From contig NC_068982.1 in assembly GCF_001194135.2 (NCBI RefSeq), positions 38,487,764-38,529,972 of the forward strand: a stretch of 42,209 bases of DNA, written 5' to 3'. A model generated the notes under the pieces. That model saw only the letters and a program-made list of their open reading frames with translations, did no database searches and was not told the DNA's origin. Source of the stretch: Octopus bimaculoides. Its lineage: Eukaryota. Below, piece after piece: positions 23,861 to 36,170 of the stretch; within the stretch, counting starts at the first letter, position 1; every line of letters starts with the position of its first letter. The position numbers and the translations under genes are program-made.

Positions 23861-24914
23861 AAAAGAAGTTCCTTTTTCAGTTTGATCCCACTGCACAATA
23901 CAAATGGCTACTGATGGAGCCTGAAGTGAACCCAAACCTGTGAATGAAATTGATAGTTGGAAACAGTGTGGAATCCTGTCACTTCCTTTTACATTACTTT
24001 GGTATCTAAATTGGAGTCAATTCTGTTGCAGGTATTTTGACAAGATTTCAGTCTGAAGATAATGCAGTATCTTGATGCACTGCTTCCTAATGCAGCAACT
24101 CATAAGTTATGTATGTAAGTGCATGTGTTTATGTATATTTCTACATATGTATCTGTGCAAATGTATGCTTGTAAGTATGTGTGTGTATGTGTGTATGCAA
24201 GCATATCTATATGATGTACTTGTATATATGTGCATATATGTCACTAGCCTTTCTGAATTATTTCTCTTATGTCATTTTTGTTTAATTTATGTAAATTACC
24301 TTGGCCATAAATGTGTTCTACTCCTTTTGTGGAAGTCTAAATCCCATGGCTACAGGTGGAAGGATAGGACAATTTTTGTGTTGATGACGCCTGCTGAAAC
24401 AGAAACACATGTTTATGATTGTCCTCTTATCATCAGACAATAAACCTGTCCTTTTCCTTTAATAACATGTTAACTTTGAAGAATTCTTATTGAGATTATC
24501 TCCCTTCCTAATATGGTGCTGGTCTCAATTGCCATTTTGTGATTATGATACATTCTTTAGAGGTGGAGATATTTTTCTTAATAAATCAAGAATTGGTTGG
24601 AAAACTCTGCTGTTGAATTAGAAACAACTGCAATGTGAAATTATATTTTAAAAATATTAAGTTCACTGTAGAGTAATGTTTTTATTCATGCTGTACGACC
24701 TGAAAGTATGGATATAAATTTGCAACATGTACATTCATTTACTTGAAACACTTGATACAGTGATCAGCAACATTGTAATAAAATACTGTACTGTAATGGT
24801 ATAAGTGGTAATACATTAAAACTAACTACAAAGTTACTTAACAAAACCAGAGGTGTTTAAGCATCAGGTTATGTTTTCAAACTAAATATCATATCAAATT
24901 ACTGGTGTGTTAAC

Positions 24915-25430
24915 AGTGTTTCATTTTATTACTATAATATATTATAGAACTTATCAATAGATTTAATATCTAATACTGTGTGTTATGATAAATGTTAGTA
25001 CTATATCTATGAACTATGTTTATGGATTGAAAAAGACGGAACTGATAATTGTATGTTTCAATTCTTGTTGAAGTTTTCTTCAGTAACTACATACTCTCTC
25101 TAACTATCCATAAAGATACTGCTTATAAATCTTCTCTAATATTAGGGGTTAAGGCAAACTGGATTGACCAATTTGGATATTGAACGTTTCTCTTGGTAGC
25201 CAGTTTCATTTCATTGATATGATACTATATAATATACTATAGAACATATCAATAGATTTAATCGCCAATACAGTATATTACGATGAATGTAAACAATATG
25301 TCAATACAGTATGTTTGTGAACAGAAAAAGAGGGAACAGTTAAATCTGTTTTAATTCTTGTTGGAATTTTCATCAGCATATGAACACTTTCTCTAACTAT
25401 TTACAAACACTTGATTTGTAAACCTTAGAA
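24915..25430. repeat. Diverged two-copy tandem duplication, period ~295 bp
   Basis: tataatatattatagaacttatcaatagatttaat (24933) vs tataatatactatagaacatatcaatagatttaat (25228); further collinear blocks gaaaaaga.ggaac, aattcttgttg, ctctaactat. Confidence 0.85.
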
Positions 25431-25764
25431 TAAATAACACTGTATGATGTGGCTTTGGGTGCCTGAGAATGTGATAGGGTAGTCATAATTGGAATACATT
25501 TAACTACAAGTCTATACTATTAGGACTGGTCAGGTGATATACAACAAAAAGTGCTTCCAAACTATTTCCATGAACTAATGGAATAAAGGTGTATGAAAAT
25601 GATCGTGGTTTACATGATTCATATAAATTCATTCTAAACAAATTCCTTGTAGATAGTTTGACTTGTGTCATGTTATTATTAAACAATCACCCATGACAAA
25701 ATCCAAAACACAGCACTTGATGAAATCAAAAATATTCTGCTGGCATCCTCTGCAATGGGTTCTG

Positions 25765-25904
25765 CTTGAAAGGTTAAGAAGTTCACTTTGCAACCATATT
25801 GTTTCATGTTCAGTCACACTGCATGGCATCTTGGGCAAGTATATTCTGCTACAGCCCCAGCTGTGTGAGTGAATTTGGTAGATGGAAAATGTGTGGAGGC
25901 CTGT

Positions 25905-25954
<50 letters not shown>

Positions 25955-26044
25955 TGACAACTGGAGTTGGTTTGTTCAACTAAACTTTTCAAGGTGGTGC
26001 CCCAGCATGGCCACAGTCCAATGACTGAAAAAACAAAATAAAAA
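25765..26044 (+). mobile_element. SINE family A with internal deletion
   Basis: gttcagtcacactgcatggcatcttgggcaagt, (TG)n, aaggtggtgccccagcatggccacagtccaatgactgaaa. Confidence 0.88.
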
Positions 26045-28369
26045 GTGTAACAAAAAGAATATGAGGAGAGAAAAGCAGATAGAAATAAACAAGGCAATAC
26101 ATTAAAATGTTTAAATTGTAAACTTTATTTATAAACAGTTGACCTATTAGATCACTGCACACTTTTCAGAGGCCAACCTTCTACAAGAAGGCACTCAGTG
26201 GAATTTCGTAGAGATTACAAATAAACTGTAGGGAGAAATGTAATTGTTTATTAAAGGGGCCAATTCATTGATTTATTTATTTATGAAATTCAATCACTTG
26301 ATGCCAAAACTTCATGTGTCAGGGGAAGATCAAGGATTCAACTGCTTAACATAATAACATGGAACTCTACCTCCAACCAAAGCTGATTCGGTAACAGCAG
26401 TAGTGGTGGAGGTGAGGGAGACGATGACAATAACAATGAAGATGATAGTGGAGATGGTGATGATGAATATGCAGATGAGAAAGATTATGATAACAATGTT
26501 TATATTTTTATTGTAATTAGTCATGTCGTCTTAGGAAGAGGCTTTGTTTCTTTGCATTCAGGCCTATCAAATTGGGCTAAACTGGATTATATAGTGCACA
26601 GTTGGACTATAGTGCACAACTGGACTATGGCACTCAGAAATATGCATTTCTGAAATAACCATAATTTCACAGATTTACAGTTGGGAGATAATTAGATTAT
26701 GCAACATTCATACCTTTCTCTAAAGGATTAGTAACATACAAGTAAAGTGAAATAGCTACAACTGGGGAACTAAAACTATATTGAAGGCTGAGCTCCCTGG
26801 GAGCAGGCTGATTCTAGTAAAAAGTGCTCAGAAATGTGATATTCTTGTACTACTCAATTGTGATATTTTTGTACTACTCTCAGTGGTTTTCAACCATCTC
26901 TTTTAATTAGCAAGTTTAATTTGGAGGGAAATATTATGCAGTAGCAGGGATTGCTTTTCAAAATTAAAATATTTGAGATGCTTCTGGAAAACATTTCAGC
27001 ACATGTAGCAGCTTGCCATATCATACCAGAATAGTGCAGCATCTGAATTGAAAACCACTGAATTAGTCAGCCAAATTCATCATTGAGGTTATTTCCCTCC
27101 TTTTTTAAATATTAAGTTGAGTTAATAACAATCTCTAAACTAGCTTCCACTTTCTATCCATAAACAATAAACAGAAAAACACATGGTAAACCATTACAAT
27201 AATTTCTGAAATTTATATCTTCTGTCTTTTGACAACAAAATGCATAATATAGTTTTCAGGGTTTTTAAAAGGGAAAATTCAAGGACCCAGAGAGCCAAGG
27301 AATGAGGCCATGACAATCTATCGGGCCCTGGAAAAAAAGAAAAAGAAAAGGAAACATAATCCCCTTGAATTCTGAGAGGATCCTACCTCTCAGGGCCTGA
27401 AAGCAGTCTTGTACTGCCTTGCCAAGTTTCTTTGGAGGCCCTGCCAATTTCAGTCTTTGGCTTCCTTATTAGTTATTAAAAATAAATAACTGAATGTCTA
27501 TCTGTCAAATGTACAAAAAAAAAAAAGGAAAAGAAAAAAGAAACAAATTAATAATAATAATAATAAAAAAAGTATAAAAACTATCAAAATTTACAATTTA
27601 GCTTTGCTGCCTCTGATTCCACATTGACACAGGAAATTATATTTTTTCATATTCTCCAAAAAATGAAATTACTTTATGAATGTATTATGTAATACACTTT
27701 TAATGGGAGAATTGTTCATACATGATGTATAATTGTTACAATTTTATTATTTTCATTCATTGATACATAAACTTAAATCTTTTAAGTTTGTGCTTCTTGA
27801 AAGATATCACAGGAGATAAAAATGTAAATAAATAAAATATTTGAGAGAATAAAATAAAATCATTATCATTCAAATTTTCACAATATTTATCTCATGCTTG
27901 CATAGATTGGATGGCTTCAGCTTAGATTTTCCTGGTTATGAGCCATGGAACTGTTTGAATTACTTAGTTTCACACATTCCTTGGTTCGTCTACCTATATA
28001 CTTACTATCACCAAACAACTATTTGTCACCCAATTAATCCACATTCTCAATTACTACCACATACATACATACTGCCCTGAGCTTCTGTTTTTACAATCAA
28101 CAAGTATTTCCCAGTTACTTTTGAAACTGGATTTTGCGCATGTTTTCAGTTTGACATTGCATATCTAACAGATTTTTACCTATTTATATTTTTATTTATT
28201 ATATATAAGGCATTTTATGAATATTAGCAACATAAATTATTGGTTTCCAATGGGCAGTTGCTGCATCACTGTTGTTCTGATGGTGAGAGCATCAAAGAAG
28301 TATCTGTACAGCTTGAGCAGAATTTTAGCGCATATTATCAGCAGCTTATTTTTGGCCAATATGCGTTTT

Positions 28370-28463
28370 GTCAATACACAAACATGCACACCCCTGCACA
28401 CACACACACAAACATAAATACACACATATATATGTACACACATATCTATTTTTGTGTGCATGA

Positions 28464-28536
<73 letters not shown>

Positions 28537-28740
28537 CATATATATATATTGTATATATATGTATACATGTACACATTGGGCTTCTGCACAGTTCCTTTCA
28601 AGCAAATTTCACTCACAGTCCAATAGTAAACCCAAGATGATGATAAAACACACATAGCCAAAGTGTCACATAGAGGGATTGAACATGAAACCTCTTTGTT
28701 GCAAAGTGAACTTATCCAGCTCACAATAATGCCTGTTTAT
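28370..28740 (-). mobile_element. SINE family A 5' half with expanded (TA/CA)n core
   Basis: gggcttctgcacagttcctttcaagcaaatttcactcaca...gggattgaacatgaaacc following a ~200-bp microsatellite. Confidence 0.65.
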
Positions 28741-29176
28741 TATCTAATTCTTATCTAGTCTTTTCAATTCTATGTTTACAAACTAAGATTCACTGTAAAG
28801 TTGCCCTATATTTATACAGTCCTTAGATAATATTTTATTTCTACAAAAACATTAAGTAAATAAGAAAAAATTTTCATTTTGAAACTTCTGCATGCATCTA
28901 TTGACCACAGAGGGTATAGCATAACTAGCACCACTATCATTAATAAATAAATTAGTTAATAAACGGAAATTTTGTATCAGTTTCAATGAACCAATAATCA
29001 GTGTTTGTAGTTTTCAACTGGATTGTGGAATATAGGTTATGGCAGAGCATTTACTATACTATAGGCTCTATATAATCAAGTGCAGCAGAATGCTGTCTTT
29101 TATTCTCTAAATTTCACTGACAAAAATGTAAATATGCATATGTATATGCGTGTGTATGCATATATATATATATATA

Positions 29177-29828
29177 NNNNNNNNNNNNNNNNNNNNNNNN
29201 NNNNNNNNNNNNNNNNNNNNNNNNNNNNNNNNNNNNNNNNNNNNNNNNNNNNNNNNNNNNNNNNNNNNNNNNNNNNNNNNNNNNNNNNNNNNNNNNNNNN
29301 NNNNNNNNNNNNNNNNNNNNNNNNNNNNNNNNNNNNNNNNNNNNNNNNNNNNNNNNNNNNNNNNNNNNNNNNNNNNNNNNNNNNNNNNNNNNNNNNNNNN
29401 NNNNNNNNNNNNNNNNNNNNNNNNNNNNNNNNNNNNNNNNNNNNNNNNNNNNNNNNNNNNNNNNNNNNNNNNNNNNNNNNNNNNNNNNNNNNNNNNNNNN
29501 NNNNNNNNNNNNNNNNNNNNNNNNNNNNNNNNNNNNNNNNNNNNNNNNNNNNNNNNNNNNNNNNNNNNNNNNNNNNNNNNNNNNNNNNNNNNNNNNNNNN
29601 NNNNNNNNNNNNNNNNNNNNNNNNNNNNNNNNNNNNNNNNNNNNNNNNNNNNNNNNNNNNNNNNNNNNNNNNNNNNNNNNNNNNNNNNNNNNNNNNNNNN
29701 NNNNNNNNNNNNNNNNNNNNNNNNNNNNNNNNNNNNNNNNNNNNNNNNNNNNNNNNNNNNNNNNNNNNNNNNNNNNNNNNNNNNNNNNNNNNNNNNNNNN
29801 NNNNNNNNNNNNNNNNNNNNNNNNNNNN
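29177..29828. other. Assembly gap (652 N) within (TA)n
   Basis: Run of N. Confidence 1.
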
Positions 29829-30060
29829 TATATATATATATATATATATACATGCATGCATATAGGTATACATATATCTATGTAAACATATACATATATA
29901 CCTACACACACACACATATATATGCATATATGCCTGTATGTATACTTATATACATACATATGTACATACATATATATATGCACGCACATACACATATACA
30001 CACACATACATACATACATATACACAAACACACACATATAAATAAATACATACATATATC

Positions 30061-31292
30061 TGAGGGTTGTCTGAAAAGTAATGTAAAAGTGGTCATAACA
30101 TTTTTATTAACAGACATAAGCCAATCAAATTGCATGTGTTGGTAGTAACTATTTTCCCATAATAAATATTCTTCTGTTCTTTTTTCATCACAAGCAAATT
30201 GTGGGATCCAATCAGAAACAATGTGCCATCATAGAGTTGTTGACAAAGGTGTGTTGCAGGATGTTCCACACCTACAGAAGTTTATAAGTTTTTTAAAAAG
30301 ATGAATCCATTGACAAGAGCAATATGCCCAGGGAAACTAGCACAGAAGATAAACCATGCAGTGGAAGACTTTCATCTGTAACCACTGATATGAAACTACT
30401 GATGCAGAGGGTGGATGAACTGATTCACGTGATCTTGTTGCACAATTGGACTGTAGTCCCACAACACTAGAGAAGATGGTGGAAGACTTTGGGTATTCGA
30501 AAGTATAGGCAAAATGGATACCTTGGGAGCTGGCAACCCAATTTCAAGAAGTGGAGGGAAGAGAAGACTGCTCTGATCTGACAGAAGCATTAGAAGCCAA
30601 TTAAAACATTTTTGTCTAATCCGATGACAAGGAATGAAACATGGCCATATTTTTATGATATAGAAACAAAGATTCAGTCGATGGAACGGTGTCACACCTC
30701 TTCTCAAAGCTTATGATTTTCAAAAGCCAGTGATTGTCATAGAAAGTCATGGGAACTGTTAATTGAGATGACAAAGGTATAATACTCTGTGAATTTCTAG
30801 AATATGGCTGTAACATGAACAACAAGCAGTATATTGAAACATTTAAAAAGCTTAGAGAAGCTATTAGAAGGAAGAAGTCAAGGAAGAATCTATAAACAAT
30901 CCATATCTAACTTGACAATGAGCCACCACATACATCCTTGGCAGCAAATGAAAAACTTAGACCGGTCAGTGGTAATCCATTAACTTTACAGCCTAGATTG
31001 AGTGCTATCCAACATCCATCTGTTTGGCCCAATGAAGGAGAGTCTTTAGGGAGAGTGATTTGCTAATACTAACAAGGTGCATAAGTGGGGTACAACATAC
31101 AAATATTTTCAAAGAGGATTTGAAAGTTGAGTCCAAGAAATGCACAACTGTATTTCTTGTGGTGGCCACTATGTTGAGAGGTACCTTTGTGTAGAAAAGT
31201 TATTCTACCAACATGTGCAATTTGAATGATCTATGTCAACTAATAAAAAAAAAGTCATATTCACTTTTGCTATACTTTTGGTTCAACCCTTG
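30061..31292 (+). mobile_element. Mariner transposon (irritans/Hsmar2-like), full length, degenerate
   Basis: TIRs tgagggttgtctgaaaagta / revcomp caagggttgaaccaaaagta, ~1.23 kb. Broken transposase EDKPCSGR, GYSKV*AKWIPWEL, NETWPYFYDIETKIQSME, LDNEPPHTS, HLFGPMKE. Confidence 0.9.
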
Positions 31293-31299
31293 GATAGAC

Positions 31300-31745
31300 A
31301 TATGTGTGTGTGTGTGCTTCTGTGTGTGTGCTTCTGTGTGTGCATATATACATACATAAATATATATATGTATGTATATATGCACATACAGATTTATATA
31401 TATAAACATATGTACACATTCAAATATATATATGTACATCCATATATATATATATGTATGTGCATATAAGCATGTTTACATACATATATATACATATTTA
31501 CACACATATATTTACCGTAACTTTATGCACACACACACACACACAACATACAAATGAACTTATCTGCATGTGTGTGTGTGTGTGTGCACGAATGTATCTA
31601 TATATATGTGTATGTACACACACACATACACATGCACACACACATGTATATATACACATAGATATATATGCACATTCATATATGCACATGTACACACATA
31701 CACCACATTCACAAATACAGATATACATATCTGTGTAAATGCATG
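31300..31745. repeat. Long imperfect (TA/CA/TG)n microsatellite tract
   Basis: Direct reading. Confidence 0.9.
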
Positions 31746-32039
31746 TTTCTAAGTATTAAAACTTCAAGTCCAAAACACTAACATTCTACAAAAATTTCAC
31801 TCCAAAATTCTAGCACTACATAGTAAACTACTAATCTGAAGGAAGAAAGCTTGATAATTTTCTTTGAAAATGCATAATTTTGTTCAAATCCAAATAAATA
31901 ATTCTCGTTTATTCACTCAAGTAATTTTTAATCTACCTACCAACAAATATAAACAAAATATAAATCCCAAATTTTACTATTTTTCATTATATTATCATGA
32001 AAATTATCACACCAGCTTTTCTTTAGTAAATGTAACTCT

Positions 32040-32078
<39 letters not shown>

Positions 32079-32444
32079 ATAAGCATCTCAAAAGTAAATA
32101 GACTCCTCTCATTGTACTGTTTTACCTGTGTGGACACTGTTCATTAATATGATGCCCAAATAAGTTAAATCGTTAAAAACTGCACAAGCCATGACTACTA
32201 ATTACTAGATCAATTATTTAAATGCATCAAATGACATTTTGTTTCTAGAAATATTTCTTTCAATAAAATTTAAAAAAAAAAAAAATTATGGTGTCTATTT
32301 ACTTTTGAGATACCTGTGAGTGTGTGAGTGTGTGTGTGTGTGTATATATAGATAGATAGACACATATATATAGATAGATAGATAGACACACACACATACA
32401 CATACAGACATACATATATGCAAATTTGTATATCAAAGCTTTCA

Positions 32445-33824
32445 TCAGGAGGCTAGATTTGCTCTCTCTGTTTCTCGTAGCTTGTAATCAATCTCACTAT
32501 ATAGTTCTTGAGATATTTCACCTGTCAAAAGTTTATACAGAAATGTAGATTTGCTTTTTTTCATATGGTTTAATTTTGATGAGGCATCGCTCAAATAAGA
32601 CAAACCAGTACTGTCTTTACCCATTGGGATAATTCCGCGTAAATATTTCTCTAATTCAGAGACATTCTCTCTTTTAGGAGAATTTCCATTGTTGGAAGCA
32701 TTCTTTTTCGAATTGGAAATGTGTAGCTGTTTATCACTTTGTTTATGTTTTAAATTCTGCATATAGCTGAAATATCGGCTATCAGGTTTGTTTGGGAATG
32801 CACCTGGTTGCAAATTTCTTGGCTGATGTTGTGGAAAATTGAAAGAAGAAGGTGACAAAGCACATGACAAATGACCTGTTAGAACTTTTTGCAGACAGCT
32901 TGTCTTTGAAATAACATTTGGGGATTTAGGTATTGCAAACACGTCCTTCTTTTTAAAGGTTTTTGAACTTTTGGTTTGATTATAGTTGAATGAATTATCA
33001 ATGCCGTAAGATGAGTCAGATGGAGACAACAAATGCATTTGAGCAGAGGAACAATTATCCCCTTGCTTCTCACTAAAATATCCATGGAGATTTGCATGAA
33101 CTGAATTACATTTTGCTGCATATTTCCCTAAATTAGGCTCGCTACAAAATTTATTTTCACATTCTTGAAAGCAGTTATTTAGCTTTTGACATTTTGAGTG
33201 ATATGACGGTAAACTGGAAGATATAGCAGTGGAAAGGGAGGAATTTGGAAACAAATAAGTTGGTTCAGGATTCTTCTGATTATCAGAAAATACAGAAACT
33301 GGATCATCTTTGTCATTAAAGTAATTTGATTCAATTAGTTCAGACTGATTACCAAATAATGGCTGATCAAATGCGTGATCAAAAGCCTGATCAAATGCAT
33401 TGTTTATTTCACCTAGTGATAACTGATTATCAGTGGCATCTGAAATGTTTCGGGAAGAGAAGGCAATGTCATCAAAAACAGGTTTTAATTTGTTCTCAAA
33501 TACACTGGGATTTTCATGGTATACAGAGGTGCAAATAGATGTGTTTGGATCACCTGAAAAGAAGTCATCATTGATGAGATCAGATTTGAAGAAGTTATCA
33601 ACATCAAATGAAGCAATCTCTTCACTTGAGGGTGTTTCTGACTGAAAATAACTCATCATATCATTCTGTACATCTTCGGAATTGTACATTATTTGACTTA
33701 TCAAAGTTTCAAATTGGGAATTGTCTTCAAAATCAAAATCATTCATAGAACCTTCACTGAATGCAGAGTCTGGTGATGAGACTGCAGAAAGATTTTTATC
33801 AAGAGGAGATGTCATTGTAAACAT
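32445..33824 (-). CDS. Uncharacterised 459-aa protein, acidic/Ser-rich, likely disordered, with C-terminal LxxLL-like motifs
   Basis: 1380-nt uninterrupted ORF in AT-rich DNA, not repeat-derived by any motif I recognise. In-frame TGA upstream (33890-33888) supports the ATG at 33824; strong splice acceptor 117 nt upstream. Confidence 0.88.
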   Translation of the reverse strand: MFTMTSPLDKNLSAVSSPDSAFSEGSMNDFDFEDNSQFETLISQIMYNSEDVQNDMMSYFQSETPSSEEIASFDVDNFFKSDLINDDFFSGDPNTSICTSVYHENPSVFENKLKPVFDDIAFSSRNISDATDNQLSLGEINNAFDQAFDHAFDQPLFGNQSELIESNYFNDKDDPVSVFSDNQKNPEPTYLFPNSSLSTAISSSLPSYHSKCQKLNNCFQECENKFCSEPNLGKYAAKCNSVHANLHGYFSEKQGDNCSSAQMHLLSPSDSSYGIDNSFNYNQTKSSKTFKKKDVFAIPKSPNVISKTSCLQKVLTGHLSCALSPSSFNFPQHQPRNLQPGAFPNKPDSRYFSYMQNLKHKQSDKQLHISNSKKNASNNGNSPKRENVSELEKYLRGIIPMGKDSTGLSYLSDASSKLNHMKKSKSTFLYKLLTGEISQELYSEIDYKLRETERANLAS

Positions 33825-33941
33825 TAGGAAAGAACGATAAGCTTTTTTTCTATGCTGTATTTGTTTCCTATTTGAAATACTGAATAGTCAAGGGAGAGCT
33901 TCCATTGAAGAAATGCAACATGTAAAAATTGATTACGGCAT

Positions 33942-33970
33942 CTGAAATAGATACAAGGGAATAGAATTAA
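33942..33970 (-). promoter_or_regulatory. Candidate 3' splice acceptor of the coding exon
   Basis: Minus strand ttaattctattcccttgtatctatttcag|atgccg; exon would begin at 33941. Confidence 0.6.
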
Positions 33971-36170
33971 CATTATGAATATGATAATGCTACAAAGATA
34001 AAAATAGTGCAAAGTATAAATACATATTGCTTTCTGCTTTTAATTCATAATTTCATTTAAATTTATTAGTGATGCTTTTGTGCTTTACAAAAATTAGGAT
34101 CAGTTATTCATTTTGTTGGATACACAAACCACATTGTTCAAGGTGAAGGTGAAAACAAATACACACACACACACCCACAATCTCATAACAACCAATTCAT
34201 GTTACCAAACAATTTCAAGTTGAAGAACCTTGCAAGTGTGAAATGGTAAATTAAAAATCATTGGACATTGCTGAATGGAAGAGTATAACATGGAACCTTT
34301 ATTACTGCAGGTCTGAAATCACCATATCTGGTTCATGAATCTCAGAGATGTAAAACAATAAAAAAGAAGAAAAAAAAGGAACAAAACTCATGGGTGAAAA
34401 CAATAGTCAACAAACATCTAAAGACCATCAACATTCTGTCACTTAAATTCATCCTGTTTTGATTGTATTTGTTACTGGTAACACACACACACAAAATAGC
34501 AAAAACACATGTGGAAACGGGTTACACAATAGAAATATTATGCGGTTCAATCCACTCCACTTCATGTAACCACAGATTTCCTGAATCTTATTTAAGGCAC
34601 TGGAGAAACACTTTCCTCTTATAGATATAGAAAAAAAAATCTTTAATAGACATACAGTAGAATGTGCATACTCCGCCACACCAAATCCATCCAACAATGT
34701 AGCAGCAATTAACAATAAAAAGTTAAATAGTAATAGTAATAAGGAACGTGCCTTTACTTATATAGGTAAATATTATATTGTGAATGTTATATCTTAAGCT
34801 ATTAAGATAATACTATGACAATTGTGTCTCTTTCTAATAGTAGTAATAATATAGATACAATAAATACTGACTTTTCTCATAATATTCCAAATAGCATGTG
34901 TAACTTTAGGGATCCAAATAAGTGCCTTTTAAATAACCAGTGTTTTAAAACTAATGTAGTATATAAATGTTCATTTATGACTCCAGGTGAATTACAGTGC
35001 TATATAAGTGCTATTGTAATCAAATTTAAGTTCAGATAGCATAATCATATACATTCCATTAAGAGTGAAACAAAAGCACTTACCATTTCACAAGCTAAAT
35101 TTCTTAGAGACCTCAAAATGAGGATTATTAGTAAATCAGTAGTGTATTGCACTTCCATACAAAGGGTTATGTTATGGGTAGCTGTAACATGTGTGCTATG
35201 GAGATGACTAATTTGTTTCAGAAATACAGACAGACAGAGAGAAGAATCACCTTGTTACAAGACTGGTATTTTATTTATCAACCCTAAAAAATAGATGTAA
35301 ACCAAAGCTCATTTTGATGGTACTTCAATGAAGAGTTCAGAGAACTAGAGCAGCTACCACAAGGCAATTTATCTGGAGCTTTATAAATTTGGCCAATTTG
35401 CTGCCTTATGATTGTACATGTAAAAAATCTACACTGTATATGTAAAAAAGTGTGATGTGTATTGAAATACAGGTGGTGAATGCAGAACATTTTTAAATGA
35501 TTGGTGAGGAAAAAGTTGTGAATATATCCATCTGATGGATGTTCGAGGTTTATTTTGGAGTAACGTTTAACACAAATAAATGGAGAATGCAGCTGGGAAG
35601 AGATGCATTGTCAAATGTCTACACAGAATGCAACAATATTAATTTGAGCATGACTGATATATTATGTTTTAAAAAATGAATCACAGATAAAATGTGCATG
35701 ATACCTAATTAGAAACAAAGAAAATCCTGCAGGGAAGTTATTAGGGCATATCAAAGAAGATTAGATCTCACAAATTAAATCATATAGATGGCGATCAATG
35801 AAACTTATAGGATGATGAAATACAGACATTTAAACAATGGTATCAATAAATGCATTAAAGTTTACTGGTAGTCTATTATTTGCTTCTGTATATTATTTAA
35901 TTTTTATTTCTATTTTTATGAAAGCTGAGGATGATGAAACAGTGATAACAGATGTCCAGCAGGATTGTAATCCATACAGCTGAATGAAGTCACAAATGCT
36001 AATAACTAATAAACCATGTCATATAAATTCAAGTTACTCATAAAACATGTGAGCTTTCAATGAATTGGTTTTATGAAATTAAATTAATGTAAGATACCCT
36101 AGCCTCTCACATGTGACCCCTTGTATATTTTGTAGATATTCATAACAGCCATGTCAACTGAGCCAATATA

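Noticed and set aside
27259-27443. Possible CAGGG...CCCTG MITE
   Set aside because: TIR match is weak and the flanks share only 4/8 bases.
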